NCBI GenBank assembly: GCA_016748015.1
Contig: JAAOMT010000009.1
Coordinates: 2,278,200 to 2,342,199 of the forward strand
DNA length: 64,000 nucleotides
Direction of reading: 5' to 3'
From: Geosiphon pyriformis uo1
Lineage: Eukaryota; Fungi; Glomeromycota
Shown one piece after another: positions 1 to 13,000 of the stretch. Under the pieces are notes generated by a model. The model saw only the letters and a list, made by a program, of their open reading frames with translations. It did not search any database and was not told the origin of the DNA. Numbering within the stretch: the stretch's first letter is position 1; each line of letters opens with the position of its first letter. The position numbers and the translations under genes were made by a program.

Positions 1-43
1 TTTCAATTATGTATTATTTTTTTCTCTTTTTCTAAGTGTAATA
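1..43 (-). repeat. Start of the 3' LTR of element D (continues off-window); PPT at 44-60
   Basis: Near-identical to 25304-25346. Preceded on the minus strand by the purine tract AAAAAAAAGGAGATAA, as at 57469-57484. Confidence 0.85.
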
Positions 44-57
44 TTATCTCCTTTTTT

Positions 58-705
58 TTAATATTGAGCTTTGTTGAAATTTCTTAATATTTCTTTTTGT
101 AAGAATTTCATAACTTCTTTTTCTAAGATTATTTTCTCTATTTTTTTATAGAGTTTTTCAAACTGGCTGTTGGTCATTCTTCCCTATTGATTAATAAATA
201 AGCTACTGATTTCTGGTTGTAATAGTATTTCCGAATAGTCTTAAAAGATAGTGTATATTTGGTAGATAGTTTTAATATATATACCCAAATTAGATTTTTT
301 TTCAATAAAAGTTTCTATATCTTGTATAATCTTTTGATCAAAGACTCTTTTGATTTGATTCATATACAAATTCTGGATCATTAATTTTTGTCCCAAATGT
401 TAATAGCAATATAAAACTGGAAATTGTTCTATCCATTGATCCCAATTTTCTGTTGTTACTTCTTTTGGTTGGACAATGACAGCTGGTTTTTTAAGAGTGC
501 TTTTTACTTTTTTAATAATTTTGTCAGTATTATTGCTAATTTTTTTGTGTATTTATTGATATAATATAGTCTTTTTTCTTTCTCTTTTAGTGTTTTTATA
601 GTAGATAGTTTAATAATTAATTGTTATTTTCATGTCTGTTTGTTGTTAATTTATGGTCTAAAATAATTGTGGTGCTAGTTGGTAAATATGGTCTGGAATT
701 TCCAT
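58..705 (-). pseudogene. ORF3 of element D (unknown protein downstream of integrase)
   Basis: Starts MEIPDHIYQLAPQ; contains EITINY and YCYYxLGQ-like motifs; ends ...KAQY* at the PPT. Homologous to 39248-39907 and 56805-57471; in-frame stops. Confidence 0.7.
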
Positions 706-738
706 TTTTTTGTTATTATTGTCACATGTTTTGGTTCC

Positions 739-1670
739 TTATATATTGTTTTGGTAAATTAAATCAACATGTTTTGTTTCAATATATATGATTGGTTTCA
801 GATCTTGTGGAATCTTATTTGGTCTTACTAGTGTTTTTTGTACTCCCAGTTATAAAATACTATTAGTAGATAATAATATGTAGTAATAGAATTTTAGTTA
901 ATTACTATATACTGCTTTGGTTAAGATTTTGTTGTCCTATCTTAATTTATAAGTTCCATTTTCTAGAATTTTTTTAATATAAAATGGTCCATTCTATTTG
1001 GGATTAAACTTCTCACTCCATTGTTTTTTTACTTTAGTACAATGTAAAAGTATTTTGTCTCCAATCTTAAATTCGACTAGTTTATTTAGTAATTGGTTAT
1101 CATGCTGTTTTTTTTGTTTTTTTTGTGACTTTTGGATATTATTAGCTGCTTTTCGTTATTTGTTTTCCAAAGTTTCTATTAAGTCATATGTTTTTCTTAA
1201 TAATATTTCTTAGAAATTGTCTTCTGTTATTGGTTTTGTTAGATATATGTTAATTTCTAATTCAACTGATAATATTGTAATTCTATTATATACTAATTTA
1301 AATGGTGTCACTTGTGTGATATTTTGTTTTATTGTCCAATAAGCAAATAATACTAATAGTATAAATAAATCTCATTCATCCTGGTTTTCTTGGCTGATTT
1401 TGGCAATTGCTTCACATAATGTTCTGTTAAACTTTTTAATCAAACTATTTGTTTGTAGATAGTATGATAATGATAATAGTTTTTTGATTCCAAATTTTTG
1501 ACTTAATTCTACTAGTGTTCTGTTTACAAAATAAGTTCTTTAATCTAATAGTAATTTTTTTGAACATCTATGTTAACAAATTAGATTTTAATGAACAAAT
1601 TTGGCTATGGATTCTGCATCTGCTCTTTAAATTGCTTTTGCTTTTGGCCATTTTGTAAAATAATCTATAG
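739..1670 (-). pseudogene. Integrase C-terminal two-thirds, element D
   Basis: DYFTKWPKAKAI, degenerate NGLVERFNRT and GPFYI motifs; cut at 1670 by the LTR of E. Confidence 0.85.
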
Positions 1671-2621
1671 TGTTATCTGAGTAGAAAAAACCATAAAGCT
1701 ATGAGAAAACATGACAAAGAAACATAACAAAAAAAATGTGGTACAACTTAAGATAACATAAGACAAACACAAACAATAGCTAGCAATAACAAGTAATAGC
1801 TAGCAATAACAAGCAATAGCTAGCAATAATGAGCAATAGCTAACAATAACAAAACAATAGCTAGCAATAGTGAAGCAATTGAAAGCAATCCTGTAAAACC
1901 AAAAGAATATATAAAAACAAGTAATTGTAGAAGTTAAAAAGACAGTTAATTAGCAATCAATTTTACTTTGTATTATACTTATCATATATTCATAATCAGA
2001 AATACAATAATTATCAAAAACAAAAAAATCCAATTTACTAATTCATGTTTTCCAATCTTATGGATTTTAATTAAAATTAAAATCAGTATTTCCTATCTTT
2101 GTTTTGGGACAGATGTCATTAGCATAAATGTTTTAAACCCTTAATAATTTGGACCAATTGCTCTTGATCATAGCAATTGATAAGAATTAATTTTTTTCTT
2201 TTTTTTTCTTTTTTTTTCTTTATTTTTTTTTTCTTCTTTTGTTTGAAGTGACAACATAAGAAAATTGACTGTCTTGGAATAGATTTTATAATAGTCTGGT
2301 AAAAAAGGGAAGCTCCCCCTAAGTTTTGGATATTAATGTTATCTTGGTAGCTTACCAGAAGGGCAAAAAAACAATGCTAGACCTTAACAACTGTACTCAT
2401 TAGTGTAGAGAAAAAAGCTCACATTTATAAAAAATGTTGTAATCAATAAAAAACAAACTTTGTGCCTTATAACCAAAGAACTCAGTGAGTAGACTCACAT
2501 CCAGAAATAGATCTTCAAAGACTGATAATACTAACACTATGGAAAGGGCAGACAATCTTGAAAGACCCAAAAATAAAGCACCAAACATTACTATTATATC
2601 CTACCAAGTTTATTCATAATA
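1671..2621 (+). repeat. 5' LTR of element E (951 bp)
   Basis: Begins TGTTA exactly where D integrase is cut and ends 2 nt before the PBS; TATATAAA near 1908. Confidence 0.8.
1772..1872 (+). repeat. ~20-bp tandem array (AGCAATAGCTAGCAATAACA x ~5) in U3 of LTR E
   Basis: Direct inspection; lies just upstream of the TATA box. Confidence 0.85.
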
Positions 2622-2623
2622 TT

Positions 2624-2640
2624 TGGTGCTTCCTGTGAGG
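2624..2640 (+). promoter_or_regulatory. Primer binding site of E (probably elongator tRNA-Met)
   Basis: TGGTGCTTCCTGTGAGG, 2 nt after the LTR end. Confidence 0.8.
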
Positions 2641-2682
2641 TTATAAATCCACAGAGACAAAACACTCTAAAGATACACAAAA

Positions 2683-5600
2683 GTGATGACTATTAGAACA
2701 ATAAGAAAGAACCACTCCTCATATGGAAGAACACTATTTCAATATTTTCGAAAAAATTTAGGAATATTAGTAGAAACCACCATTGCAGAAAGTAATTTTT
2801 GCAATTATATCAACATGAAAATCAACTGTTTGTTAGGCCATGTAACTGATACAAAAAGACTTGGAGAACAAATCCATCAAAGCTTATTAAGATACTTAAC
2901 AACTACCACTACTTGAGCAATCACTAAAACTCTATGCATAGTCGATACAGACATTAAATACTATGTGATAAAACAATTCTCTTAAGTATAACAACTAGTA
3001 AAATCTAATCCGAAGGAATACAAGTATGGATCCAATAATTCTGCAACTGCTCAAGACAAGTTTATAGTCAACAAAAAACCAAGGTTTCTCTTTCCAACAA
3101 CTCTTTCATACCATCAAACACTCCAAAGTAAAATTGTATTCAACTCACCCCTGGAAACCCAGTTAGAAATACCACGAACTTCTGAAAATCCACACCCATG
3201 GGATCAATACAGTTAGACCAAATTACTAGAAGAATATGGATCACTGTTTGGAAATCTTACCTCAACAGCTGGTCAAACAGAAGGAAACACATCAACTTGA
3301 GAACAATCACCAGCACAAAATTCAGCAGAATTAGCATCTCTCCTAATGGAAGAAACAGCTATCTTACAATCTATTAGTTTAAGCAACAAAGAAAAACAAC
3401 CAGAATTAGCACTCAAATATGCAGACACCAATTTTCTTAAACATAACCAGTAACATCTTACTCATTAACTGGATCATGGCTTACCAAAATATCACTAAAT
3501 TAGAAAAATTTTCAGGGAAAGAAGACAACATGTATTTGTAGATTGCGGAAGCCAAGAAAGCAATCACCACCAACAACTGGGATGATGACAGAGCTATTCA
3601 AGTGCTGCCATTCTTTCTAACTAGAACTGCAAACTTATAGTATCAAAGTCTTGCAGAAAAACCAATCGATTTTAACACCTTTAAGCTTATCTTTTTATGA
3701 TACTTTTGTGATTCTAATACTTTAATCCAATTGCAGAATCAATTCAGCATAATTAAACAAAAAAATCATAAAGCAGTAACTATTTATTTCAAACAATTCA
3801 ATCAAATTCTTTGTCAAATATTAGCTATCAAAAGAGATTACTACACCACAGCACAAGTTCTTAATCAATTCATTAAAAAATTGCAGAGTAGTATTCTGAG
3901 ATTCATAAAACCCTGTTATTTAACCAATTTACAAGATGCTATTGCTCTTGCTTGTGATTTTGAGTCCACAGAACAAGAAGTGAACCATACCCAAACTATT
4001 AATTTAGCCATTAATAAAATCTCTGATATCAATGCAAAGATAACCCAATTAAGTGAGAAATTAACTCAGAAAATTAAGGAATTCTTAGCCGAAACCACAG
4101 GAACTTACCAACCACCACAACAGAAAAAAAATAACAACAACAGCAAATACCCATAGCAACAGAACCATCAGCAACAGCAACAACCTTGAAGATCTGATCT
4201 TTACAACTGTTACTACTGCCAGAAACTTAGACACATTGCCTGTGACTGTAGAAAGAAGATAATAGACCAAAATCAAAGAAACCAATACTGACAACCAAGA
4301 TATTAGCAAAACATGGTATCCCAATATTCCATCCCTCAAAATTAACCACCCCAGTACACACAACAAATCCTGTACACTCAACTACCACTCCAGAATTATT
4401 ATCAACCACCACCAATAATACAAGCAATCCCTTACTATCAAACTCTTCCTTACAGCCAGTTCAGACCTTGAGCCATAGACTATATTCAGGAATAAAGGAA
4501 TCCCAACAACAATTAGGTGCAAACCAACAGCAGACTGTCTCAACCAATCTCTTGTGGTCCTGCTTAATTTTGATCAGCACCAACTGGATACTCGAATTAA
4601 GCTTTCTATCTCAGTCTTATGGAAAACCAGGGTTTTGATAAATTTACATCTGTAGAAGAGAGGGATATAGAACAAATCTTTCAACCTTCCAAGCAAACAA
4701 AAAGCAATATCCCACCAGCCACTATTACTGAAGACACCACCTTAGCCACCATATTTCTTTTTGACATTGATAATTTGAACACTCATAGCCTTTTTAGTAG
4801 AGCAGCCATCAATCAGAATAAACCAATAATGGCCCTATATACTGATGCCAGAGTCAGAAAAATAGACATTAAATTAATACTAAATAGTAGATCAGCCAGT
4901 AATATAATCATGAAACAGCTCATGGACCAACTAGGTTGCTGAATAGACCATGCTGCTACTGCCCAGATTATTACAGCAAATGGAAACACAAAAACTCCAA
5001 TAGGAGAAATTGACAACTTTCCCTTCAAGATTAATGGAATCCAGATTCCTACCAAAGTACTCATTATGGAAGCTACTCAATATCAAGCTCTGGTAGGAAA
5101 TGATTGATTGTCAAAAGCCAATGTTACTCTTAACTAGAACACCCAAGAACTTCAACTCACGTTTAATAAACAGTATGTCCAAGTTTCAGCTATGTGCAAA
5201 CACTGTAAAACCAACATATTAAGAAACCCCTTATTGAATTCGAAAACACATCACTATTACTGACCATCAAAATCTATCAGGTTTTATGAGCAGATGATTA
5301 TCAAACTGAACTACCCCCACTACCAATCTGGGAAGAAAAAAAAAAGGCAGAGCTGAAAAAAAATTCCAATCGTCATCACTAGAATACGTAACCTCAGACC
5401 AAAGAAATTTATTTTACCAATCTCCAAAACTAATATGTGTTGATTGTGGAAAAAAGCTATCCACTATGGATGCATATATCAAAAACAACGAAAAATGGCC
5501 CACCACTACCAAATACTACTGCAGACTTTGTGTATTAGAAAAATTTGAATGACCAAAACAACAAAGCAAGTAAAACAATACACTGTGTCTCGCATGTGAT

Positions 5601-6189
5601 GAAATCCTGCCTGATGAAAGACTCTGGAATAATGTGCTTGGTAAAGGAGGAACATATGATGAGGCTTGTCAATATACCATATTAATTAATAATTGGATAC
5701 AAAAGGGAACCTCTATTGAGGATGCTTAGAAATGAGCACTCAATAGACTGGACAGTTATCCACACAATAATTACAAAATCTGGAGAATAGCAAGTGCCAA
5801 AACTAAAGATGCCATGTCTGAAGAGATACAAGAAATTAAGGACAACCCTTGGACACCCAAATATAATGGACTTAACTACTCCACAGATGATTTTTTCACA
5901 GATAACTCCAATGCATTTCAGAACTGATATTAAGAATTGGTCCTGATCTGAAAAGAGCAAAAACAGCAGCTAGTTGATCTAAATACCAAACTATGTAATT
6001 ACTACTTAATTTCTTATTACTTTTAATACTGTAATTAGTGTGATCTCATGTTTAATCCATCTCCCAAAATCCTATATCCAATCACCAAATTACCTGAGCC
6101 TAAGAAAGAAAAGGAATTACTTGCCAAGAACATGTTATTTCAGGAGCCAAATTAGACTACCAAAACAAAGCAGTACCTTGCCTATCTCT
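2683..6189 (+). pseudogene. gag-protease-Cys-rich region of E
   Basis: Capsid MAYQNITKLEKFSG at 3476; CCHC knuckle CYYCQKLRHIACDC near 4208; protease LILNSRSA (DSG decayed) near 4873; CxxC clusters at 5430-6045. Confidence 0.85.
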
Positions 6190-6357
6190 GAAGACAGATT
6201 CTGCTAATAAGTAGTTGTTGGTTAATCTTAAGTGTTGACAAAATAAGAATTTGGCAAATTCTAAATGGTTTGTCTTTATTTTTTCTGATTCTGCCACTTT
6301 TAGATAGTTGTTGTTGGTATTGGTTTTCTGTAGGATTATATTTTACAGAGAGCACCA
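6190..6357 (-). pseudogene. PBS (6357-6341) and first ~36 codons of gag of element D
   Basis: TGGTGCTCTCTGTAAAA, then GTG GCA GAA TCA GAA... homologous to the B gag start at 47615. Confidence 0.8.
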
Positions 6358-6359
6358 AA

Positions 6360-6790
6360 TGTTATAGATGATTATTTGGGATCTCAAATCAAATAACAAA
6401 CCCATAATTTGGTGTTTAATAACTGTTATAATAGTAGTATCTAAAGATTTTCATGATCTAAAGGTTTTGAGTTGGAGTTCTTTGTATAATAGACAGAAAT
6501 TCAATGGTTGTTTTATAAGTAGCCTCCTGGAATCACAATTCCATCAAATTTTTTTCTTTAGCATGGTGGTCAGTTTATTCTGACAGTTGTATTTTTTTGG
6601 TAAGCTATCCTTAATTTCTGAGTTCTCTACTCTTATTTCTGGGTCTTTTACCAAGCTATCTTTGATGTCAATAATTCAATGCTTAATCCTTAATTAATTA
6701 GTAAACAACAAAAGAAATAAAATACAAATAAAAATCAAAGAAATAAAATATAAGCCAAAACAATAAAATTAGTATTCCATTAATAGCCAT
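6360..6790 (-). repeat. 5' LTR of D, U5/R segment
   Basis: Homologous to LTR B (38372-38820); ends ...ATAACA before the PBS. Confidence 0.8.
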
Positions 6791-7763
6791 TGTTACCAGA
6801 GGTTTTTGGTCTCTTTTCTTGAATGTTGTTTAATGTTAATTTGCTGTGAATTTATGTTCTCAGGAAGTAGTTGGACTTCCAGTAACTGAATTTATTTTCA
6901 AATTATCTCCTATAATTTGAACTGCTGGACTTATAAGTAGAATGGCCAATTCTATGCCAGTTACTTTGTGTAGTTATATTGTAGTAAATGTCAACTTTTT
7001 CTTAAGAATTGCTTATCTGGAAGCTTATTAAAATGTGTAATTACTTTGCTGTGAAAGTCAACTCTTTTACAAGAATCTTGTCTGTAGGCTATCCTAATGA
7101 TTATAATAAGAAAAGAAAAGAAAAATAAAAAAAATGTAAAAAAAATAGAATTGTATCAAGAAAAATGTTTTCTATCCAGGCCTAAGGTCACTAACAGATT
7201 ATTGAAATTGGTAGCTAATCAATTTCAAACCATTAGTTTTGTGTTGAGAAAATTTTAAGTATAATAATCAAAAGATTTGGTTTTCAAATATTTAATTTTT
7301 ATTTGATTTTGTAAAAGATGATTTATTTCAATTAAGATATCTAAAGTAAGATACTATGGTAAGATATTATGAAAAGATATATTTTCTTAAAGAAAGAAGC
7401 TCTTCTTTTATACAATTTATTGTAGTACTAGTCTTTGAACTTACACTTTTCTCTTTGCTACAATTTGAGTAAACTAAAGATACATTTTGGCAAACTACAA
7501 GTTATTTCACTGAACTATTGATTATTTCGGCCAATTTTCATTAATTTCGACGAATTTTGACTATGTTAAATGGTTCAAAGTATTGTGTAATTTGATCATC
7601 TTAATTTCTAGAATACAAATTGAATTATTGATTGAGTAATGATTTTTGATAATTTGATTAAATAACAAGTGATAATCGAAATAATAATAATATATGCTAA
7701 TTAATAATAGGAATTATAAGGGTAATTTTATGCTAATTAATAGCTAGAATTCTACTGGTAATA
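6791..7763 (-). repeat. 3' LTR of A1
   Basis: Collinear with 15681-16653; inverted termini TGTTACCAG...CTGGTAA(C/T)A. Confidence 0.95.
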
Positions 7764-8432
7764 TAATCTTCTCCTTAAGACTGAGCTCTATTGAAGTCCA
7801 AGCACTATCTGTAATATTAAGATAGTAGTCCAAGATAATTGAAGTAATCTGGTCTGAAAATTGTTGAAATTTCAGTTCTGTGAGCTTTTCAATGTATTGA
7901 ATCTTCATTGAGTGAAGTATTGGGTTTTATAAGACGTTTTTACAAGTGTTAAATAAATCATAGAGTCTAAATGCTGCTCTGTTGGTCCAGCTGTTGTTTT
8001 GAATTCATTGTGAATTTGTTTTTATATAGCCTCAAGAGTAATGTTGGTTGCTTTAAGTTCTAGTTTTCGTTCATAAAGTGTTTTTCCAATATGAAAATAT
8101 CTATATATAAGGGTATGTTTATTGTTCTGTTCATTAAAGAATAATAGAAGTTTTTGTTGCATTGTGGCATTTGGTGGAATATTAATAAGAGCAGATAAAA
8201 GGTTTTCTTTTAGTGTTTGCTTCAAAAGTTCTGGTAATTGATTTCCAGAGTAACTTTTTGTTTTTTTTCTATAGAGGTGATAATTCTGAAAATTATTTAC
8301 TACTGGGGCTGTGGTTTTTTTCTGAATATAATTAATTTGACTTCTATTAATCGTTATGGATAAGTCAAAAAGTGTTTTCAAAGCTAACATTAATTTTTGG
8401 GATATTTGTTGAATATTTCGGGAAATAATCAT
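7744..8432 (-). pseudogene. ORF3 of A1
   Basis: MIISRNIQQISQKLML...YRYFHIGKTLY...RLYDLF...KLTELKFQQF; runs through the PPT into the LTR. Confidence 0.8.
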
Positions 8433-8555
8433 GATAAAAATGACTAACTAATAAACAAAAATTTGAAAAAAAATAAAGAAAATTATTTTTTGGGTATAGA
8501 GTTTTTATTTGTTTTTGGGTTTGAATGTTTCTTCTAATTATTTACTATTTTTGAT

Positions 8556-9972
8556 TTATGTTTTGTATATTTTAAAGAGGTTTGTAAAAGTGTTCAAGTT
8601 TGGTTGTTGTTCTATTATAATTATTGGTTCTAAATTTTGGAAAATATCTTCAGGATTAATTAAAAGAGAATGTGTACCAATTTGTGGAATTAATGATTCA
8701 AGATTGTTTCTAAAGTAATAGTGTTTCAATTGATTTCTATGTGCAACTTTTGCTAATACTTTGTTATCAAGTCTTAACTTGTATGATCCATTGTCCAGAA
8801 TTTCGTAAATATAAAATGGTCCATCCCATTTATGTTCAAATTTTCCACTCCATTGTTTTTCAGCCTTAGTTTTGTATAAGAAAACTTTATTTCCAACTTT
8901 AAATTTGTTGGTAACTGGTAGCAGTTTGTTGTCATGTCTTTTATTTTGTAGGGCTTGGAAGTGTTCAATATGAGTGGCTGCTATGTGTCTTTTTCCTTTC
9001 AATGTACTAAAGAGAGTGTAGGCTCTTTTTTGGAGTGTTTCTTGAAAGTTTTCTTCATTGATTGGTTGCACTGAATATGTTTCCACTGTGGAATTAATTG
9101 GTAATGTTGTTGTTTTTCCATAAGTAAGATCAAATGGTGTGTGTTTCATAGTATCTTGTTTTAGTGTTCTGTATACTAGTAACACTGATGGAATAAAGAT
9201 ATTCCATTTTTGCTCAAAATTTGTTGAGACTTTGGCTAAAGATTCACACAATATTCTGTTGAACTGTTCTACAAGTCCATTTGTTTGAGAGTAATAAGAT
9301 AATAATAAAAATCGTTTGACATTGAATCATTCACAAATTTCTTGTATCAAGTTGTTCACAAAATGTGTTCTTTGATCTGATAAGAGTTCAATTGGGCATT
9401 CATGTCTACAAATAATGTCTTTATAGATGAAATTTGCTACTGATTTTGCATCTGCTCTTTGGATGACTCTAGCTTCAGACCATTTGATAAGATAATCTAT
9501 TGCAACTACAATATAACAATTTCCTTGGGTTGTGATAGATAATGGTCCGATTAAATTAATTCCCACTCTGTCAAAAGATTGTCCAAATTTGATTGGATTT
9601 AAAAGTTCTGTGAGGCAAGTTTCTTCTTTTCTTTAACAACTATCACAAAATTCTATATATTGTCGAATGTCTTTTTACATGTGAAGCCAAAAATAATGTT
9701 TAAAGGTTCTTTGGATTGTTCTATTTCTTCCCAAATATGCTGAAGATGGATTTGTGTACATGTTGTATAGAATTGTTTTTTTTTTCATTTTCTTGTACTA
9801 GTCTGAGTGATTGGTTTGGGTTTCTATGATTCTTGTAATAAATTTTGTTGTGGTGTATAAAATATTGTTTGAATTGATGTTGTAATTGATGTTTTTCACT
9901 TGGAAACCAATTTTCTGATATGGTAAGAGTCTCCAAATAGTTTTTAATGTTGTTGTAATTTCTGAAATCCAT
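8556..9972 (-). pseudogene. Stand-alone integrase ORF of A1
   Basis: Own ATG (MDFRNYNNIKNYLE); GINLIGPL, LLSDQRTHF, NGLVEQFNR and KWDGPFYI motifs. Confidence 0.9.
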
Positions 9973-10029
9973 TGTTGTTTGTTTATTTTATTGGTAGATT
10001 AGTGAGTTGTAGTGGATTTGTTGTTGGTA

Positions 10030-13000
10030 TTAATCTTGTTTTATTCTTAAGAGACTATCAACATTGGTGTGTAGTTTTCCTGGTTTGTGGTATATAATAT
10101 ATTTGTAGTCTGCTAGGAAGTTATTCTATCGAAACTGTTTGGTACTTTGTTCAGTTTTCTTTTTATTGAGCCATTTGAGACCAATATTGTCAGTTATAAT
10201 ATTGAATTTTTTTCCATTCTTTAGATATTGTTAAAAATGTTTGAGAGCCCAAATGACTGCAGCAGTTTCTAATTCAGTTAAGCCATATTTGAGTTCTGTT
10301 GACTTGAATGTTCTACTGACATAGGCAATAACTTGTTTTTGGCTATTTTCATCTAATTGTGATAAGATAACACCAAATGCTATGTGTAAAGCATCAGTGG
10401 CTAGTTAAAATTGTTTGTTGAAATCTGGATAAGCAAGAACTGGAGCTGTTGTTAATTTTGTCTTAAGAGTTTCAAAAGCTTTTTGTTGTTCTTTAGTCTA
10501 TTGGTATGGCATGTTTTTGTTGGTAAGATAATTGAGTGGTTTGGCAATTTCTGAAAATCTTTTTATGAATTTTTGATAGTAAGAGGCTAATCTTACAAAT
10601 TCTTGTAGTTCTGTGGTATTTTTGGAAGTTTAAAAGTTTTTAACAGCACTAATTGTTCTAGGGTTTGGTTTAACTCCATCTTTGCTAACAATGTGTCCAA
10701 AAAAAATTAGACTTGTTTTTCCAAAATAACATTTCTCAATGTTTAGCTTTAATTTTGCTTTCCATAATTATTGAAAAACTTCTTACAGGTGGATAAAATG
10801 AGCTTCAAAGCTTGGAGAGTACACATTAGTATCATCAAGATAGACAACTACTAATTGCCACAAGAGTCTTTCATATACAACATCCATGAGTCATTAGAAT
10901 GTTGCTGGTGCATTACAGAGTCCAAAAGGCATAATATTAAATTCATAGTTTCTTTCTTGAGTGGTAAATGCTGTTTTGGGTCAGTCTTTTGGATCTATTT
11001 CGACTTGCCAGTATTCATTTTCCAAGTTTAAAGTTGAGAAGAACTTGGTTTTTCCTAAAGCATCTAGCATGTCATCAATTTTTGAAAGTAGATAGGCATT
11101 TCTAATTGTCACACTATTGAGCTAACAATAATTTACACAGAATCTGATTTTTCCGTTTTTCTTTTTAACAAGTACTACTAGTGAGGCCCAAGGACTTCTT
11201 GATGGTTAAATCAATCCGTTATTGAGCATTCTTTGGACCTCTTCTTTAATAAATTGGTGGCTAGCAGGTAGAACTTAATAGGCTTGTTGTTATTTTGGTG
11301 GAGCATCTCCTGTATGAATCTGATGTTGAACAATATCAGTTTTTTCAAGATCATTGTTGTCTTTTGCAAATATGTTAGCAAATTCAACTATTAGCTGTTT
11401 TAATTTCTTTGTTGTTGAGGTTCTAAGGGGCCCATGTTGATTTGAGAGAGTTTTTCTTCCAAAAGGTGGTAGTTTTCAATAGTAGAAATGATATTGGGAT
11501 TTGGGAGTAATGTATGTCTTATAATTTCGATAAAATTAGAGACAATTTGAGGGTTTTCATCTTGAAAGATGTTATTATATATGATTCTAATTTCTAATTT
11601 ATTTAATAAGACAATAGGGTAATTGTTGGGATTGTAGAATATAACTCAAAATTTTTTCATTTTTTTGGGAATATAAACATTTGGAATTGAAATTTCATGC
11701 TTTAAACAAATTTGTTTATTAGATTCAAAGATTTGTTAGATAGTGGTGGGTTTTGAGCAAGTGTAAATTTCATAATATTCTTCAAATGGTAAAATAGTAA
11801 TTGGTTGGAGAAGTTGAAAAATCTGGTGAGATTCATTCTGTGTATTGAGAGCTATATTTACTGGTACTGTAAATTGTTTAGTTGAACCAAAACCTTGCAT
11901 TCCTCTTTCACTTTTTCCCAATTGTTCTCTGTTGTTAGTTGATTGTAAATTCGAAATGTTGATTAAGAATAGGTAAATTGCTTAGACAATCTTTTTAGTA
12001 TGTTCAATCCTAAATGGTTTGTATGTTTCATTCTGTAACATAATAGTAATGTCTTTAGTATATTCTGCATCTATAACTCCTTCTCTAACATTAATTCCTT
12101 TGCTTGTCAATAATGATCAAGAAGCAATTTGTACTATTGCTCTTAGTGGTATTTCCAAAGCAATTCTGAGATTAATTTTGGTTAAAAATTTTGGTTGAAG
12201 AACCAAAGTGTCTTTGCCAAGATATTTTAGGTCATATTCTGCATCAATTTCATGGGCTTTTTCTGGTTTTATTTCTTTTCCATTGTTGTCAAAGTATTTG
12301 AGTTGTATAGCAGACTGGTTTTCAATAAGATAGATTGATGTGGTTGTAATTTCTTCTTTTGTTTCCACTTTTCCAAATTCAATTTCTTCCTGGTCATTTT
12401 TGTTGAATAAGAGAATGCTAAGAGCATAGTATTTTGGACACCATTTGTCATCACAAGGCATGATGCATTCTTTACACAATTGAATGTTCATTTGCTTTAA
12501 TCATTGAATTTAAGCTTTTTGGGTTGGATATGTGTGGTTTGCAATTTGGTAATATGTTTCTACTTTATCTTTATAGTTGAATCTAGCTAATTCTATTGTA
12601 TATTCAATGTACTCAGCTTCTTTCATTTGGCAGACATCTTCCTGTATGGCTCTATTAATTAAAGTCATTGCTAAATCAAAGATCATTTCAGCATTATAAG
12701 GGTAGTGGTAGAATTTGTTGAGAGCACTGTTGTATGTTGCATCAAATGATGTTCCTTTTTTTACTTTTTCCGAAATTGATAGGGCATATTGATAGGTTTG
12801 GTCATATACTCCTCCCCTTATTGCAACATTAATTCAGTTGCATTCTTCTGGTAGCATATCTCCACATGTGAAACAAGGAGTGTTGTCCCATTTTCCATTT
12901 CTTTTTGGGGATCCAAATCGTTCTCTATGGCATGCTTTGCAGAAGTAGCAGGTATGAGTTTCATATTTCTTTTCTGGAAAAATACAGGCTCCCATAGATG

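Larger units (their letters stand above)
1671..6189 (+). mobile_element. Ty3/Gypsy element E, 5' half only
   Basis: LTR TGTTAT...CATAATA, PBS, gag, protease and Cys-rich region, then an abrupt junction to the D gag start near 6190. Confidence 0.85.

Noticed and set aside
1772-1872. Regular short repeats as a possible CRISPR array
   Set aside because: Head-to-tail tandem units with no unique spacers, inside an LTR, and no cas genes.
4085-4427. Hydrophobic V/L-rich ORFs resembling membrane proteins or Env (also 13970-14215, 26824-27195, 60416-60757)
   Set aside because: They are antisense translations of CAA/AAC-rich gag or pol sequence.
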